From contig OZ220744.1 of assembly GCA_965116925.1 (NCBI GenBank), positions 128,001-192,000 on the forward strand: a stretch of 64,000 bases of DNA, written 5' to 3'. Position numbers and translations under genes: made by a program. This DNA comes from Candidatus Poribacteria bacterium. GTDB taxonomy: Bacteria > Poribacteria > WGA-4E > PCPOR2b. Below the pieces are notes generated by a model. The model was not told the DNA's origin. It worked only from the letters and a program-made list of their open reading frames with translations, and did no database searches. Every line of letters begins with the position of its first letter. Within the stretch, counting starts at the first letter, position 1. Shown here piece after piece: positions 8,913-18,555 of the stretch.

Positions 8913-9674
8913 TTATTTGGAGGATTCGCTTCGCAGGGCGGCCATTTCCGCACGAAGCTGCTCTAATTCGGATTCAAGTTGTTGGCGGCGTTGCTTTTCA
9001 CTTTCAGCCATTGCTTTCAATTCGTCGGAGGTAGGAATAGGTGTGCCATCCGGCAGATAGGGGCGTAACAATCTGACTTCACTTACCGGTTGATGTTCCC
9101 AGCGGAGCCACATATTCAAAGCGTGACTGAACAATCCTCCTTGTGCATCGGGTTCGATTTCTTCAATTGCACCGGATGGACTTCGACACCACCCTCGAAA
9201 CTCCGGAGACTTGGCACCTTCGGGTTGATGAATAAAATACTCATCAACTTCAATCTCAACTAAGTATTGTCTGATCTTGTCGCCCCGGTCGTGAGCCGCT
9301 GTAGATTCGGAAAGAAATTCAAACACCACCACAGGGACCGCCCCTTCCGCCCAGGTGTAAAAGCTTCGCCTTTCTGGAAATGATTCGGCACCATAGACGA
9401 CGTAAATATCGGGTGCCACAAATTTCCGGCGATCCCCCTCTTGATAATAGATAAAACTGTCAATACCGATGTAAACGCGATTATCGTTCCCAAAGTAACG
9501 CTTGAGTTGGTCACTGAGTGTCGTAATCTGTACGCCATGAAATCCCGTTGCCGACATGGGTTGGTCGTCCTCCGAGGGGTAGCCTTCAATATTAACCGTC
9601 GCTTTGCCGCTGGCTTTTGGAAAAACCGGCATCTGTTTTCTGCGCTTGAAATCAAAGTCGGTTCGGGTGCCCAT
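8913..9674 (-). CDS. Uma2 (DUF820) family putative endonuclease
   Basis: APDIYVV...PVVVFEFLSEST...D...K..Y....V.EYF pattern with a C-terminal coiled coil. Confidence 0.85.
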   Translation of the reverse strand: MGTRTDFDFKRRKQMPVFPKASGKATVNIEGYPSEDDQPMSATGFHGVQITTLSDQLKRYFGNDNRVYIGIDSFIYYQEGDRRKFVAPDIYVVYGAESFPERRSFYTWAEGAVPVVVFEFLSESTAAHDRGDKIRQYLVEIEVDEYFIHQPEGAKSPEFRGWCRSPSGAIEEIEPDAQGGLFSHALNMWLRWEHQPVSEVRLLRPYLPDGTPIPTSDELKAMAESEKQRRQQLESELEQLRAEMAALRSESSK

Positions 9675-9697
9675 GATATTCCCTTCTTGGTTGGGGT

Positions 9698-11728
9698 TCA
9701 GAACTTAATTGTTAATTCACCCACGAACTGTCTTGCCCGATTGCGGCTGGCAAAGACTTCGTAGAGATTGCCGGAAGCATCGAAATAACGGCGTACAAAA
9801 TTACGGCTCGTGTTCGCCGGATTCAAATCTGTGTATTCGAGCCACAGATTGACATCCGTAAATACGTCCCAATTCACCCCAAAGGCTGTGGAACTCGCAT
9901 CACCCTCTCCCTCCTGACCTTGACGGTTCAGATTGGGAAACAGTGCCTGTTGATAGAGGTCTGTTGTACCATCAATCCGTTCCGCATAAAGATTGAATTC
10001 CTTGTAGTGGTAGGCATTTGGGTTGGTGATAAATTTCAGATTGGCAACGACTGTGTTCGTCAACGCCTGGGTTTCATAGTCGTAGCTATCTTCCTCTTTC
10101 GGGGGTGTTATATAGCGTTCATCCTGTTCATTGTAGGTGAAGACATCCGCAAGCGTCAGGTTCCAGCTTTCTGAGAGGTTATATGTCCAAAAGAAGGAGT
10201 TGTTCAACTGTAACAGATTCAATTGGTCATCAACGTCCGCATCCTTGTCGATATCCTCGTAATCTTCGAGAAAGTTATGATCGCGGTTGAGTGCCCGAGT
10301 ATTATAAACTGCATTCATATGCGACGGCTTAATCGTAAAACCTTCAATGGAATATTGACGAATGATTAAATCACTCCCATCGCGAAGGTAAATGTGACCG
10401 AGAGGATCTAAGGTAAGGAAAGCCAGATCGTGATCTTCCGCGCTCTGTCTATCCACTTCGTAAACCACACGCCCTTTATATCTTCCGTTGCTACTAAATT
10501 GTTGTACGCGCGCGATAACGTTGTGATAGATTGTCTCACGAATCTCTTTAACCTTCAGATCTTCCGCCTCCTCTTTTTTATTTTCGTCTTGCTCACCTTC
10601 TTCATCAAGATAGTCGTTGAGGTAACGGCGATACTCTGCTTCCTCAAGCAGACGAATCCGCCGATGTAAGATAGCTAGATCTGACGACTGTGAATTTGGG
10701 TTAAGAGAGGCAGAACGGGGGCGGGTGGTATCAATGACGGAATTGACAAGTCCTGTGCCCGTTGAATAAACATCAGCGAGCCCCTGCCCGGACGGTGAAA
10801 CAACATCTAAGAAATTTGCGAGCGGGCTTCCCAAAAACCGTTTGAACTGGCTCTTATCTTTAACCAAAATCTCACCCGAGGCCAAAGCGACAACGGCGAT
10901 AGGTTTGACAAATTCTCCCTCGTTACGTCCCTTCACCCCAAATTTCAATATAAATTCTCCGTCTGCATTAAATTTAACTACACGATGATTACCGGTGTCC
11001 GCAATAAGCACATTCCCTTCAACATCAATTTCAATGTCCGAGGCATCGGTGTCAAACTCGCCATTGCTCGCACCGTATCTGCCAAACGCGATTAATTTCT
11101 CCCCGTCCGCACCAAATTTGTGAACCTTTGCGTTTTTTCCATCTAATACATACAGCTGGTTTTGGCTATTCACATCAATGCGAACTGACCGATCATAGTT
11201 CCTCGGTTGATAGGCGAATGCCGTTTTGCCCTCCTCGTCAATCATCAAGCGCGTGGGAAGAACTACTTTGGGGCGCACGTCAATCGCATCGACAACGTAG
11301 GTGTGCATTAGCTCGCCATTTCGATTGAACTTGTAAACACAGGGGCCAAACCAATAAAGCTTCGGATCTGCGGTCGCCGGAATATGATGGGGTACAGCCA
11401 GATCAACGACATAAATATTTCCAACTCCATCAACAGCAACATCGCCCGGCTTTCTGAGTATATTGTCCATAGTCTGCTCTTTCGGAATTTGCATGATGAA
11501 ATCACCTTTTGGTGATAGTTTCTGGACTAGCCGGTTATCTGCGTCGCTGACATAAATGTTGCCTGTGTCGTCAAATCCCACATGAATATTCTTGCTAAAA
11601 AAACCGTCCGTTGAGCCCTTCCCACTGAACTCCCGCTCAAACTTCAAAAAACCCACAGCAAATATTTCGTCTGCCTGCCACACACACAGCGCAGCAACAA
11701 AAAGCAAAAGAACAATCCATTTTTTCAT
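9698..11728 (-). CDS. Exported NHL-repeat protein with probable C-terminal outer-membrane beta-domain
   Basis: Signal peptide; NHL repeats (GNIYVSDADNRLVQK, GNVLIADTGNHRVVKF); alternating beta-strand C-terminus ending ELTIKF. Confidence 0.75.
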   Translation of the reverse strand: MKKWIVLLLFVAALCVWQADEIFAVGFLKFEREFSGKGSTDGFFSKNIHVGFDDTGNIYVSDADNRLVQKLSPKGDFIMQIPKEQTMDNILRKPGDVAVDGVGNIYVVDLAVPHHIPATADPKLYWFGPCVYKFNRNGELMHTYVVDAIDVRPKVVLPTRLMIDEEGKTAFAYQPRNYDRSVRIDVNSQNQLYVLDGKNAKVHKFGADGEKLIAFGRYGASNGEFDTDASDIEIDVEGNVLIADTGNHRVVKFNADGEFILKFGVKGRNEGEFVKPIAVVALASGEILVKDKSQFKRFLGSPLANFLDVVSPSGQGLADVYSTGTGLVNSVIDTTRPRSASLNPNSQSSDLAILHRRIRLLEEAEYRRYLNDYLDEEGEQDENKKEEAEDLKVKEIRETIYHNVIARVQQFSSNGRYKGRVVYEVDRQSAEDHDLAFLTLDPLGHIYLRDGSDLIIRQYSIEGFTIKPSHMNAVYNTRALNRDHNFLEDYEDIDKDADVDDQLNLLQLNNSFFWTYNLSESWNLTLADVFTYNEQDERYITPPKEEDSYDYETQALTNTVVANLKFITNPNAYHYKEFNLYAERIDGTTDLYQQALFPNLNRQGQEGEGDASSTAFGVNWDVFTDVNLWLEYTDLNPANTSRNFVRRYFDASGNLYEVFASRNRARQFVGELTIKF

Positions 11729-12097
11729 TGAATCGGGTCCCTTCAAATGATTTAGTGTATATTGCACTTGATATAACGTATATTGGTGTTTATCTGGTTA
11801 ATTCATTCATTGTGTATGCTCAGTATAGCATGAACCTTCCAAAAATTCAAGCCTCTAGAATTTATTATAGATGAGCGGGTGTGTGTGTTTAGAGACACAT
11901 ACCCATCTGCTGTGGGCCCAAATGTCACTGAACTGAGACACTTTTCATGTGCTATGTTGGTAATTGATCTCATATCCTCTGCTCGTAAAGGATTGATGGT
12001 CTTGGCACGCGTCTTGCTCAACACAATATCACACAGTTTTGAAACCTTTGAAAATGGATAAGTTGAAACACAAGTTGAGGTAGGGAGGAATAAGATT

Positions 12098-12841
12098 ATG
12101 TTAGTCCGTATGTCATTCACAATAACAATGTCTATTTTTTTCGCAGGATGGATCTGTTGCATCATGTTTGGGTGTAATGATCAATTAGCAGCATCGCCTG
12201 TAGAATCTGAAATTCAACTCTTGCAAGTGGGTGCGTTCCACGGCGACGAGGTCTCAGCAGAATCAGGTGAAATCTGGCTGGGATTGTATTCGACACCCGA
12301 TGGGTATACGCTAATCCCTTCGAGGATTGCCGTGGAAACCGTTTATGACCCATTCGTTGATAATGCCGGGGAAAAGACCGGAAAAGTGGTGTCGGTGGAA
12401 GGGCAGACACGCCCACTCTTTCTGATAAAAGGTTTGGATCCGCCTGAAACAGAATCTATCAAGACACTATCCGCTGAAGGGGCAATTTTGAGTCCCGGTA
12501 AATCCCTCAACCTTAGATTGGATGTCAGAAACGAAAGTCATTTGACAGCTTATGGCGAGGGAGAGATAGGACCGAGCGGGTTTACTTCACTCGAAAACTA
12601 CAGCCTTGAACTATCCAAAGGACATTTATCGCAGGAACTGCTCGCATACAATTCTACGAATGGTGCCATACCCACCCTGCTCTGGGCGGGAGATCTGGAT
12701 GGAGACAATCAACTAGATTTCGTCATTAACGCAACCCCGCATTACGCCGTATATTCTGCACCGATGCTGTTTCTTTCATCAATGGCGAAGGAAGGTAATT
12801 TAGTCCAGAAGGTTGCGATATTTATCGCCACCGGCTGCTAG
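12098..12841 (+). CDS. Hypothetical lipoprotein
   Basis: GGAGG RBS, lipobox MFGC, and an FG-GAP-like GDLDGDNQLD motif. Confidence 0.65.
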   Translation: MLVRMSFTITMSIFFAGWICCIMFGCNDQLAASPVESEIQLLQVGAFHGDEVSAESGEIWLGLYSTPDGYTLIPSRIAVETVYDPFVDNAGEKTGKVVSVEGQTRPLFLIKGLDPPETESIKTLSAEGAILSPGKSLNLRLDVRNESHLTAYGEGEIGPSGFTSLENYSLELSKGHLSQELLAYNSTNGAIPTLLWAGDLDGDNQLDFVINATPHYAVYSAPMLFLSSMAKEGNLVQKVAIFIATGC

Positions 12842-13017
12842 TACAACTATACACCTCCCCTTCTTCCTCTGCTCTGAATCCTTTCTGATTTTACCTGTTA
12901 CTTCGTATCGCCCCCCAATTTCTCCTCAACATTTTCTATACTTCGTCGTCCAAAAAGAACCAAATGCAAATCCTTCGGTATGATTTGCGTTTGGGTGCTT
13001 CAGCAAGGAGGTTTTCT

Positions 13018-15384
13018 ATGCACAGTGGGGGATTTTCTAGACGAGACATGCATCGAATGGCTCGTTCTTCCGGTAGAAGGAGTAACGTTAGACAGCGCGA
13101 TGTAGAGATGACAATTTTAGAGGAAGTACCAGCAGAACTCCAAGATCAGCTTGAAGATTTGCTGGATGGAGAAGAAGATATCAAAATTGCTATCTCCACA
13201 GACCTACAGTTTGATGGCACCTACGGAAAGGATTGGGTGTTAGCGACGGAGAAACGCCTGCTCGCTTTTAACCAAAATGGTGTGCCTGAACCTGAAATCC
13301 AAAGTATTGCACTCGAAGCCATTGACGAGATCGAAATACGAGAGTTATACGGTAATAACTTCATGAAAGTGCGAACCGCAGAGGGAGCATTTGAAATTGC
13401 TCGTTACTCCAAGCGGTTCGTTCCCAAGTTTGCCGAAGCAACGCCAGAAATTGAATCGTTAATTGACAAGGCCAAGCCAGAGGAAACAGACGAATCTAAG
13501 CGGCGTCGGAAGTATGTTGATCCCGGAAAAAAGAAGATTCGATGTGAAACCTGTGGACGCCCGATCCCACGGTGGTCTGATGTTTGCCCAAACTGTGTTG
13601 AAAAAGGGAAACTCCTCGTCCGCTTGCTAAAGTATGCCCTCCCATTTTGGAAAGTTTCTGTTCCAGCGTTACTGATTATGCTGGTTATCCGGTTTGTTGA
13701 CGTTTATCCTCCTATTCTAGTTCAGCAACTGATTGATGACATCCTCGTTCCCGCAACAATGGCAATGACGGGAGGACAGCCGGTCCAGCCGGGGGCTTTT
13801 GGACAAGTGGTAATGATTGTACTTCTGATGGTTGGATTACACGTTTTTACGGCAGCTTTCTCAGCAGTTCGGGGGTACATGATGGCGTGGGTCGGTCAGC
13901 GCATCACCCTGACATTGCGGAATGATGCCTATGGGCATATGAGTATTCTTTCGCTCGATTTCTACCAACAGCGGGAAACAGGGAATCTGATGTCACGCAT
14001 CACTCAGGATGTCGGACGGCTGCGTGACTTCATCGCTGAAGGGTTACAGGATATTATCGGCGATTCAATGACGCTGATTTTTATGTGCATTATCATGTTT
14101 GCCGTTAACTGGCAGCTGGCACTCTGGGTGTTGCTTCCGATTCCCTTCATTATCCTTTTCTCATTCTATTTTGGACACAAAATGTCCAAGGTTTTCCACG
14201 TCTTGTGGAGGCGCTACGCTGGGATTAGCACAATTTTGGCAAGTACAATTCCGGGGATACGGGTTGTCAAGGCGTTTACCCGCGAGAAATACGAAGTCGA
14301 GCGCTTTCAAGAGCAGACCCATCAGGTTTTTGAAGGAGAAATGAATGCCGCCAAACTGTGGACACTTTATCAGCCAATCATGACCTTTATGACCTATTTG
14401 GGGACTGTACTCATCTGGTTGGTTGGAGGGCGGCAGATCCTCAATGGAGACTTAACGCTCGGTGAAATTACGCTATTCATGACTTATATGACGCGGTTTT
14501 TACAACCTGTACGAACACTCGCTCAGATGAACCGTCGATTCCTGAGAGCTGCGACGTCTGCTGAGCGGGTCTTTGAGGTCCTTGACACACCGCCTAGCGT
14601 TGCAAGTCGTAAAGACGCCGTTCACCTTCCAAATATGCGGGGACAGGTCGAATTTCGCGACGTTTTCTTCTCTTACGATGGAGAAAAAAACGCTATCAAT
14701 GGGGTCAGCTTTACCACTCAGCCGGGAGAGATGATTGGGCTCGTTGGACATAGCGGCGCAGGCAAGAGTACCCTCATCAATTTAGTTACCCGATTCTATG
14801 ATCCAAACGAAGGTGAAATTCTTATTGACGGACATGATAGCCGCGATATTGAACTCAGGTCTCTGCGAGGGCAAATTGGCGTGGTGCTGCAGGAGCCATT
14901 CCTGTTTGAAGGTTCCGTCGCCGACAATATAGGCTATGGCAAACCGGATGCAACCCGTCAAGAGATTGTCGCAGCGGCTAAAGCCGCAAACGCTCACGAC
15001 TTTATCGTTAAATTTCCCGATGGTTACGATACAACGGTCGGTGAAAGAGGAGCACGCGTCTCCGGCGGAGAACGTCAACGGATCTCCATCGCTCGTGCCA
15101 TCCTCAAAAATCCGCGCATTCTCATCCTCGATGAAGCCACTTCGTCCGTTGATACGGAGACCGAATCAAGAATCCAAGAGGCGTTGGGGCGACTGATTCA
15201 GGGACGAACCGTCTTCGCAATCGCACATCGCCTTTCGACACTCAAACATTCCAATCGTCTGGTTGTCCTCAAGGAAGGGCAGATTGATGAGATAGGCACA
15301 CACGAAGAACTGATCGCCCAAGGTGGTACTTACGCCAACTTATGCGAAAAGCAGACCGAGCTCTCGAAAATTCGCGCGTGGTAG
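13018..15384 (+). CDS. ABC exporter (fused TMD-NBD) with long cytoplasmic N-terminal extension
   Basis: GHSGAGKS, VSGGERQR, ILILDEATS; MsbA-like TMD; CETC-x10-CPNC before the TMD; AGGAGG before ATG 13018. Confidence 0.9.
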   Translation: MHSGGFSRRDMHRMARSSGRRSNVRQRDVEMTILEEVPAELQDQLEDLLDGEEDIKIAISTDLQFDGTYGKDWVLATEKRLLAFNQNGVPEPEIQSIALEAIDEIEIRELYGNNFMKVRTAEGAFEIARYSKRFVPKFAEATPEIESLIDKAKPEETDESKRRRKYVDPGKKKIRCETCGRPIPRWSDVCPNCVEKGKLLVRLLKYALPFWKVSVPALLIMLVIRFVDVYPPILVQQLIDDILVPATMAMTGGQPVQPGAFGQVVMIVLLMVGLHVFTAAFSAVRGYMMAWVGQRITLTLRNDAYGHMSILSLDFYQQRETGNLMSRITQDVGRLRDFIAEGLQDIIGDSMTLIFMCIIMFAVNWQLALWVLLPIPFIILFSFYFGHKMSKVFHVLWRRYAGISTILASTIPGIRVVKAFTREKYEVERFQEQTHQVFEGEMNAAKLWTLYQPIMTFMTYLGTVLIWLVGGRQILNGDLTLGEITLFMTYMTRFLQPVRTLAQMNRRFLRAATSAERVFEVLDTPPSVASRKDAVHLPNMRGQVEFRDVFFSYDGEKNAINGVSFTTQPGEMIGLVGHSGAGKSTLINLVTRFYDPNEGEILIDGHDSRDIELRSLRGQIGVVLQEPFLFEGSVADNIGYGKPDATRQEIVAAAKAANAHDFIVKFPDGYDTTVGERGARVSGGERQRISIARAILKNPRILILDEATSSVDTETESRIQEALGRLIQGRTVFAIAHRLSTLKHSNRLVVLKEGQIDEIGTHEELIAQGGTYANLCEKQTELSKIRAW

Positions 15385-15461
15385 CAATGAAATATGAAAT
15401 GACGAGAAACCGAGCTTTTTCTTGAAAACCCGGTTTCTCTTGGTCTTGAGATGAGCGAAGT

Positions 15462-15989
15462 GTGAAAGGAGTAGATGTAGTGGAACAGCCCATTCGGATC
15501 GAAGATGAAGTCCAATTTCTTGACCCTAAACTGGTGAAAATTAACCGCAACCAATTTGCTGAGTTGGAAGCGGAGCTGCCGGATGGCTCAGTTCACGCAC
15601 CTGTTGAGCCGGTGCGCACGTTTCCACTGACCCAACCGGATCAGTACATCAGTTTACTTGACGCCCATAAAAACGAGCTTGGCTTGATTGAGGACATAAA
15701 GCAGTTAAACAAAGCGGATCAGACAGCTCTAGCGGAAGAATTGGAAAAATGCTATTTTATGCCAAAAATTACAAAGATTCATGACCTGGCGGGACGGTTC
15801 GGTGTCACCGAGTGGGAAGTCGAAACCGATAGTGGCACCGTTGCTTTTGATCTGCGTTCTCGGAGTGACATTACCATACTTGATGGTGGACGGGTGCTGA
15901 TTAAGGATATTGATGGGAATCGATACGAAATTGTCAATTATCATCGGCTAGATCCGAAGAGCGTAGCTCTCCTTGAAACACAGATTTAA
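15462..15989 (+). CDS. DUF1854 domain protein
   Basis: PVRTFPL..P..YISL, YFMPKI.KI, W.VETD.G, LIKD.DGNRY motifs; usual partner of this ABC type. Confidence 0.8.
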   Translation: MKGVDVVEQPIRIEDEVQFLDPKLVKINRNQFAELEAELPDGSVHAPVEPVRTFPLTQPDQYISLLDAHKNELGLIEDIKQLNKADQTALAEELEKCYFMPKITKIHDLAGRFGVTEWEVETDSGTVAFDLRSRSDITILDGGRVLIKDIDGNRYEIVNYHRLDPKSVALLETQI

Positions 15990-16021
15990 CGTATAAAGCG
16001 TGAAATGGAAAAGCGGCTTAC

Positions 16022-16603
16022 GTGTCAGGTAAGGATAATTTTGAGTCACCAATGGACCGTGAGACAATTGCCCTCATTCTCAGTATCATCGCCGTTATAC
16101 TTGCTGCCTCTAAATGGATCTATGACCTCCATGCAGACCGCGCCGGCAGGCGAACCCACAGTCGAAGGCGACGCGGAAGCCATCTCGGAGTCGAGCTACT
16201 AACAAAACAGGCAAACTGCTTTATTACACGCGGTGGACATCTGCTATTTCTCGTTTCGTGTCGCATCTATAACGAGGGAGATCAGATTCCTATCACGATT
16301 CAAGCGTGTCAGTTTCAAGCGAAGATCGGACATAGATGGCAAGATACAGAATTATACCAAGTACCGCACGCAGTGCTCTTTCCAAGTTTACTCCGCAACA
16401 GCATCCCTATCAGTCTCAAACCGGAAGAACGACAAGATTTTTATGAAGTTTTTGCCCTTGATGCCTTAATTCCGAGTACTACAATTAAGATCCGTCTCAA
16501 GTTCCAAAGTGGGCGTAGAAAGATAACGCTATGTCGGGATAAATTCAACCATCGTGTTGACGATCATCCGGTTTTTGACATTCTATTCCGTGTCTTTGAA
16601 TGA
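16022..16603 (+). CDS. Hypothetical membrane-anchored protein
   Basis: One N-terminal TM helix, an Arg-rich linker, then a beta-rich domain. Confidence 0.55.
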   Translation: MSGKDNFESPMDRETIALILSIIAVILAASKWIYDLHADRAGRRTHSRRRRGSHLGVELLTKQANCFITRGGHLLFLVSCRIYNEGDQIPITIQACQFQAKIGHRWQDTELYQVPHAVLFPSLLRNSIPISLKPEERQDFYEVFALDALIPSTTIKIRLKFQSGRRKITLCRDKFNHRVDDHPVFDILFRVFE

Positions 16604-16663
16604 GGGGGATACGGCCACAGATCGGTGGAGAGAACTATCCACTTGGACAAAAACTAATGTAAA

Positions 16664-16942
16664 TAGAACTTACGCGCTTCAGTAGGGAACGCAGATCTGC
16701 GTTCCCTACAAAACAGAATCGATGCCTGAGAACTTACTGTAGTTGCCCGATTTACCGGGCATCCGTTCCGAGACCAAGGTTAGAAACGATGTGCATCGGC
16801 GATAAATCGCCGAACTACAAGTTACTCTGAATCCCGATGTCCGCATCGGGGGCGTTGAACGTTCAACTGCGTAAGTCCTAATGAATAGAGCTTACGCAGC
16901 ACGTTTATAAGTCCCCCTGTGTGCCAAATTTGCGTAGGTTCT
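16664..16942. repeat. Composite repeat: TAG(A/G)ACTTACGC...TGCGTAAGTCCTA carrier(s) enclosing GTAG-REP palindromes
   Basis: Ends at 16664/16868-16880 and 16886/16931-16942. Perfect palindrome GTAGGGAACGCAGATCTGCGTTCCCTAC at 16682-16709; inverted REP pair at 16738-16760 and 16797-16819. Related ends at 49531 and 56032. Confidence 0.75.
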
Positions 16943-16970
16943 GATAAAATTATTTTTCAAGGAGAAATTC

Positions 16971-18383
16971 ATGTACAGAGGTAGGTGCGTTGCCATTTGG
17001 ATAGGAATGTTATCATTGGTCTGTGTCTTGACAACTTATGGACAAAATGAAATTGCAGGCGAAACAGCATTGTCCTACGGGGGACCACCGAATCCAGAAG
17101 AAATGGCTTTGAGTCGGGGAGAACTTTCAGGACTTGGATTTACCTTTATCAATGGCGAACCGTTTTTACGGTTTCAGTTGCAGCCGGAGATAGATCTCGG
17201 TAAAGTCGGATTTGGACTCGGGCTTGTGCTGCTTTACAGTTCCTCTGAGGATGGCGAACACACAATCCTCGCTGAGGATGGCGAAGCGTGGGACGATATA
17301 AGTACCCTCCTGCGGGTTATTCGCTATGTGCGTTATGGTCATCTCAGCGAATCGTTTTACACCCGTTTCGGTGCGTTGGACTACGCCACTATCGGACACG
17401 GGTTCATTATGTCGGGATATTCAAACTATGACCGTCGTGGCTTGCGCCTAAACTTCAGCACAGAGACGAAAAAGGCTGGGGTTGAAACAATCATTAACAA
17501 CATCAGTGCACCGACCGTTTTTGGCGGGCGGGTGTTTGTTCGGCCTCTGCAACAGGAGGAGGGCGGTATACCACTCCTTAACAGTCTGGAATTGGGTGGG
17601 ACCTATCTAACAGACATTGAACCCGATCCAAGTCTGATTCCGGGCGGAGATCCGCTTATCGCATTGGGGGTCGATATCGGTTTTCCGCTTATTCACAATA
17701 AGTCGCTGCGTCTAGATATATACGATGATGTGGCTTTCTTAAACACGAAATCGGAAACGAAAGCGGAGGAGATTGATGAAGTAACCGATGTTGCAATCGG
17801 AAATGCTATCGGAATTGGTGTGTCGCTTTCGCAAGCTCTTTTTAAGTTGGAGTACCGCACCTTTGGCGCACAATTTTACCCGACCATTTTTGATTACACC
17901 TACGATGCTACCAAGGGTGCCGTCCCAGACTTTCTGGGGATGGATGAGGAGGACGATGCAGGTCAGGCAAGACAAGGCTACTTCTCAATGATCGCCGTGA
18001 GACCGATTCCGCAGGTCAATTTTATAGCGACTTTTGAGGACTATACCAACACGGAGCCAAAGTTATACCTTGGCATCACGGAATCTGGGGTAGTTGAACG
18101 GATGTCGTTCCGAGCATTCTATCTCAAACGCAATATCGGCGAGCCAGATCCCGGTTTTCCAGAGAAAGCAGGGAGCAAAGATCCAGGCTTTTTTGAGGAT
18201 CTCTTCCGTCTCGATAGTAAATCCGCATTCATCGTGCGAATTGGATATGAGATCTTTCCGAGGTTTGAGGTCGCCGTTCTCCGTGAATACCGTTTCCGGC
18301 GGGTAGAAGATGCGGCGGGTAAAACACACTTTGAGCCAATTCAGAAAACTTCGGTCGAAGCCGGTTTCAGGCTCAATTTCTGA
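16971..18383 (+). CDS. Hypothetical outer-membrane beta-barrel-like protein
   Basis: Signal peptide, amphipathic beta strands, C-terminal VEAGFRLNF. Confidence 0.65.
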   Translation: MYRGRCVAIWIGMLSLVCVLTTYGQNEIAGETALSYGGPPNPEEMALSRGELSGLGFTFINGEPFLRFQLQPEIDLGKVGFGLGLVLLYSSSEDGEHTILAEDGEAWDDISTLLRVIRYVRYGHLSESFYTRFGALDYATIGHGFIMSGYSNYDRRGLRLNFSTETKKAGVETIINNISAPTVFGGRVFVRPLQQEEGGIPLLNSLELGGTYLTDIEPDPSLIPGGDPLIALGVDIGFPLIHNKSLRLDIYDDVAFLNTKSETKAEEIDEVTDVAIGNAIGIGVSLSQALFKLEYRTFGAQFYPTIFDYTYDATKGAVPDFLGMDEEDDAGQARQGYFSMIAVRPIPQVNFIATFEDYTNTEPKLYLGITESGVVERMSFRAFYLKRNIGEPDPGFPEKAGSKDPGFFEDLFRLDSKSAFIVRIGYEIFPRFEVAVLREYRFRRVEDAAGKTHFEPIQKTSVEAGFRLNF

Positions 18384-18394
18384 GTTGAGAAACG

Positions 18395-18462
18395 GTGCAA
18401 CAAAAACCGTAGGGACGGGGTTTCCCCACGCCTACTTGCCAAAAACTTGGTTTTTCTTTGCA
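18395..18462. repeat. 'GTGCAA-GAAACCGAG...CTCGGTTTC' palindromic repeat family, copy carrying a GTAG REP
   Basis: Other copies at 15404-15439, 21099-21142, 21573-21661 and 23809-23852. Confidence 0.7.
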
Positions 18463-18526
18463 TTTTGCACTTTGTTTTTCACGCAGATCAGACTTTTTTA
18501 ACCTGCCTGTCTCAAGGAACCAATGG

Positions 18527-18554
18527 TTTTCACGTTTCACGCATCACGCATCAG
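18527..18554. repeat. Short heptamer tandem repeat (TTTCACG/CATCACG)
   Basis: Arrays also at 30373-30401, 32489-32507 (reverse), 36340-36382 and 50714-50728. Confidence 0.7.
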
Positions 18555-18555
18555 A

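Noticed and set aside
11869..11908. Hairpin GGGTGTGTGT...ACACATACCC in a divergent intergenic region
   Set aside because: Single copy, no riboswitch motif and no T tract; not enough to call.
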